Origin: Schmidtea nova
Lineage: Eukaryota
Direction of reading: 5' to 3'
DNA length: 64,000 nt
NCBI GenBank assembly: GCA_044892505.1
Contig: CM097883.1
Location: 330,832,001 to 330,896,000, forward strand
A model generated the notes under the pieces. The model worked only from the letters and a program-made list of their open reading frames with translations. It made no database searches and was not told the origin of the DNA. Positions 62,760 through 64,000 of this stretch are shown here, piece after piece. A program made the translations under genes and the position numbers. The first letter of the stretch is position 1; each line of letters opens with the position of its first letter.

Positions 62760-62920
62760 ATCATAATTATCTTTTTTCACCTTTGATCTTTTTTTATTAT
62801 TATTATCAATAATTCTCATAATGACTATAGATCAAAATTTTTTTTTATAAACAATAACACAATATTGTTTATAAAAAAAAATTTTGATCTATAGTCATTA
62901 TGAGAATTATTGATAATAAT
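62760..62920. repeat. Core-less foldback palindrome of the hammerhead-like repeat family
   Basis: ataattctcataatgactatagatcaaaa..ataaacaata acac aatattgtttat..ttttgatctatagtcattatgagaattat. Confidence 0.85.

Positions 62921-62923
<3 letters not shown>

Positions 62924-63001
<78 letters not shown>
62924..63001. repeat. (TAA)n microsatellite (another at 63442-63517)
   Basis: Pure trinucleotide runs. Confidence 0.95.
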
Positions 63002-63002
<1 letters not shown>

Positions 63003-63437
63003 GGTAGATGTGTGGAGCCGGGAACAAAGACATTATGACTCATCGCGTGGGTGGCGTGGCGGGGAAACAGAACAAAGACCCTCTCATCGATGACTCATAT
63101 TTTTTTTTCAAATTTTTTTTTCGCGATAAAAATTTGTTTTAAATTTTTTTTCGCACCAAATTTTTTTTTCAAATTTTTTTTTCGCGCATAAATTTTTTTT
63201 TCAAAATTTTTTTTTCTAATATTTTTTTAACACAAATTTTTTTAACACAAATTTTTTTAACACAAATTTTTTTTAACACAAATTTTTTTAACACAAATAT
63301 GAGTCATCAAAGACATTGCAATTCATATGCAACGTGAACAAAGACATTGCAATTCATATGCAACGTGAACAAAGACATTGCAATCCATGTGCAACGTAAC
63401 TAAAGACTTATAATTTTTATATACTTTAACTTATAAT

Positions 63438-63518
<81 letters not shown>

Positions 63519-63659
63519 TTATAATGATTGTTTCTGTCACACCTTAATGGATCTGTCAATTACAAAATTAATTGGGAGTTACTGCTAAGTAGGTTTGCGG
63601 CTACTTTCTCCGGGGCACCCTTCAATTATTCCATTTATTTTAATTAATCGTTTTGTTGA

Positions 63660-64000
63660 TGACTCGGGTTTCCCACATTGCTCGGGTTTCCTACTAGCTC
63701 GGGTTTCCCATTAGCTCGGGTTTCCTATATAGTAATTAATTATTTTAATTAATTTGTATTTTCTAAATATTTCTTTCTGTGGACCCCTTTTTATTTTTAT
63801 ATACCCATATTCGAATTTGTTTCATCATTCGGCATCCTCCCATACTAGTTTCCCCGCTCAAACTTTATTCTGATTTTTTATAAATTTTTAATTAATGTTT
63901 TCATTAATTATTATTTTTCCAATTTTTGTATTTTTATTCCTACTAGCTCGGGTTTCCCATTAGCTCGGGTTTCCCACATTGCTCGGGTTTCCTACTAGCT
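63660..64000. repeat. Tandem GCTCGGGTTTCC units (17-19 bp), two clusters
   Basis: Four units at 63662-63726 and further units from about 63945 to the window end. Confidence 0.85.

Overview
AT-rich animal (eukaryotic) genomic DNA with many N gaps and a high repeat load; no rRNA, tRNA or CRISPR was found. Three host genes could be reconstructed by hand from GT-AG splice sites. COMMD10 (+, 7153-18498) has a 10.7-kb last intron filled by a higher-order satellite. A secreted C-type lectin (+, 19845-20430) carries one frameshift. TMEM245 (-, 50358 to at least 61610) lacks its 5' exons in this window. Mobile DNA includes a decayed Ty3/Gypsy-like LTR element (1-3600), a hAT remnant, a Penelope-like GIY-YIG fragment, two further gypsy remnants, a Tc1/IS630 fragment, a piggyBac-type MITE and a D34D mariner. 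The most striking structure is a 14,451-bp insertion (29180-43630) inside the mariner YSPD motif. It has a perfect 6-bp target duplication (GTCCTG) and AGT...ACT Polinton/Maverick-like termini, and it is one near-perfect palindrome from end to end (two ~7.2-kb arms around a 28-nt loop). It encodes no recognisable transposition protein but carries four copies of a spliced micro-exon gene fragment. A second theme is a dispersed repeat family with a hammerhead-like core showing the U3-A8 covariation; it occurs in tandem and head-to-head, and appears to be the source of the 8.8-kb satellite. Gene and family assignments rest on recalled motifs, not database searches.
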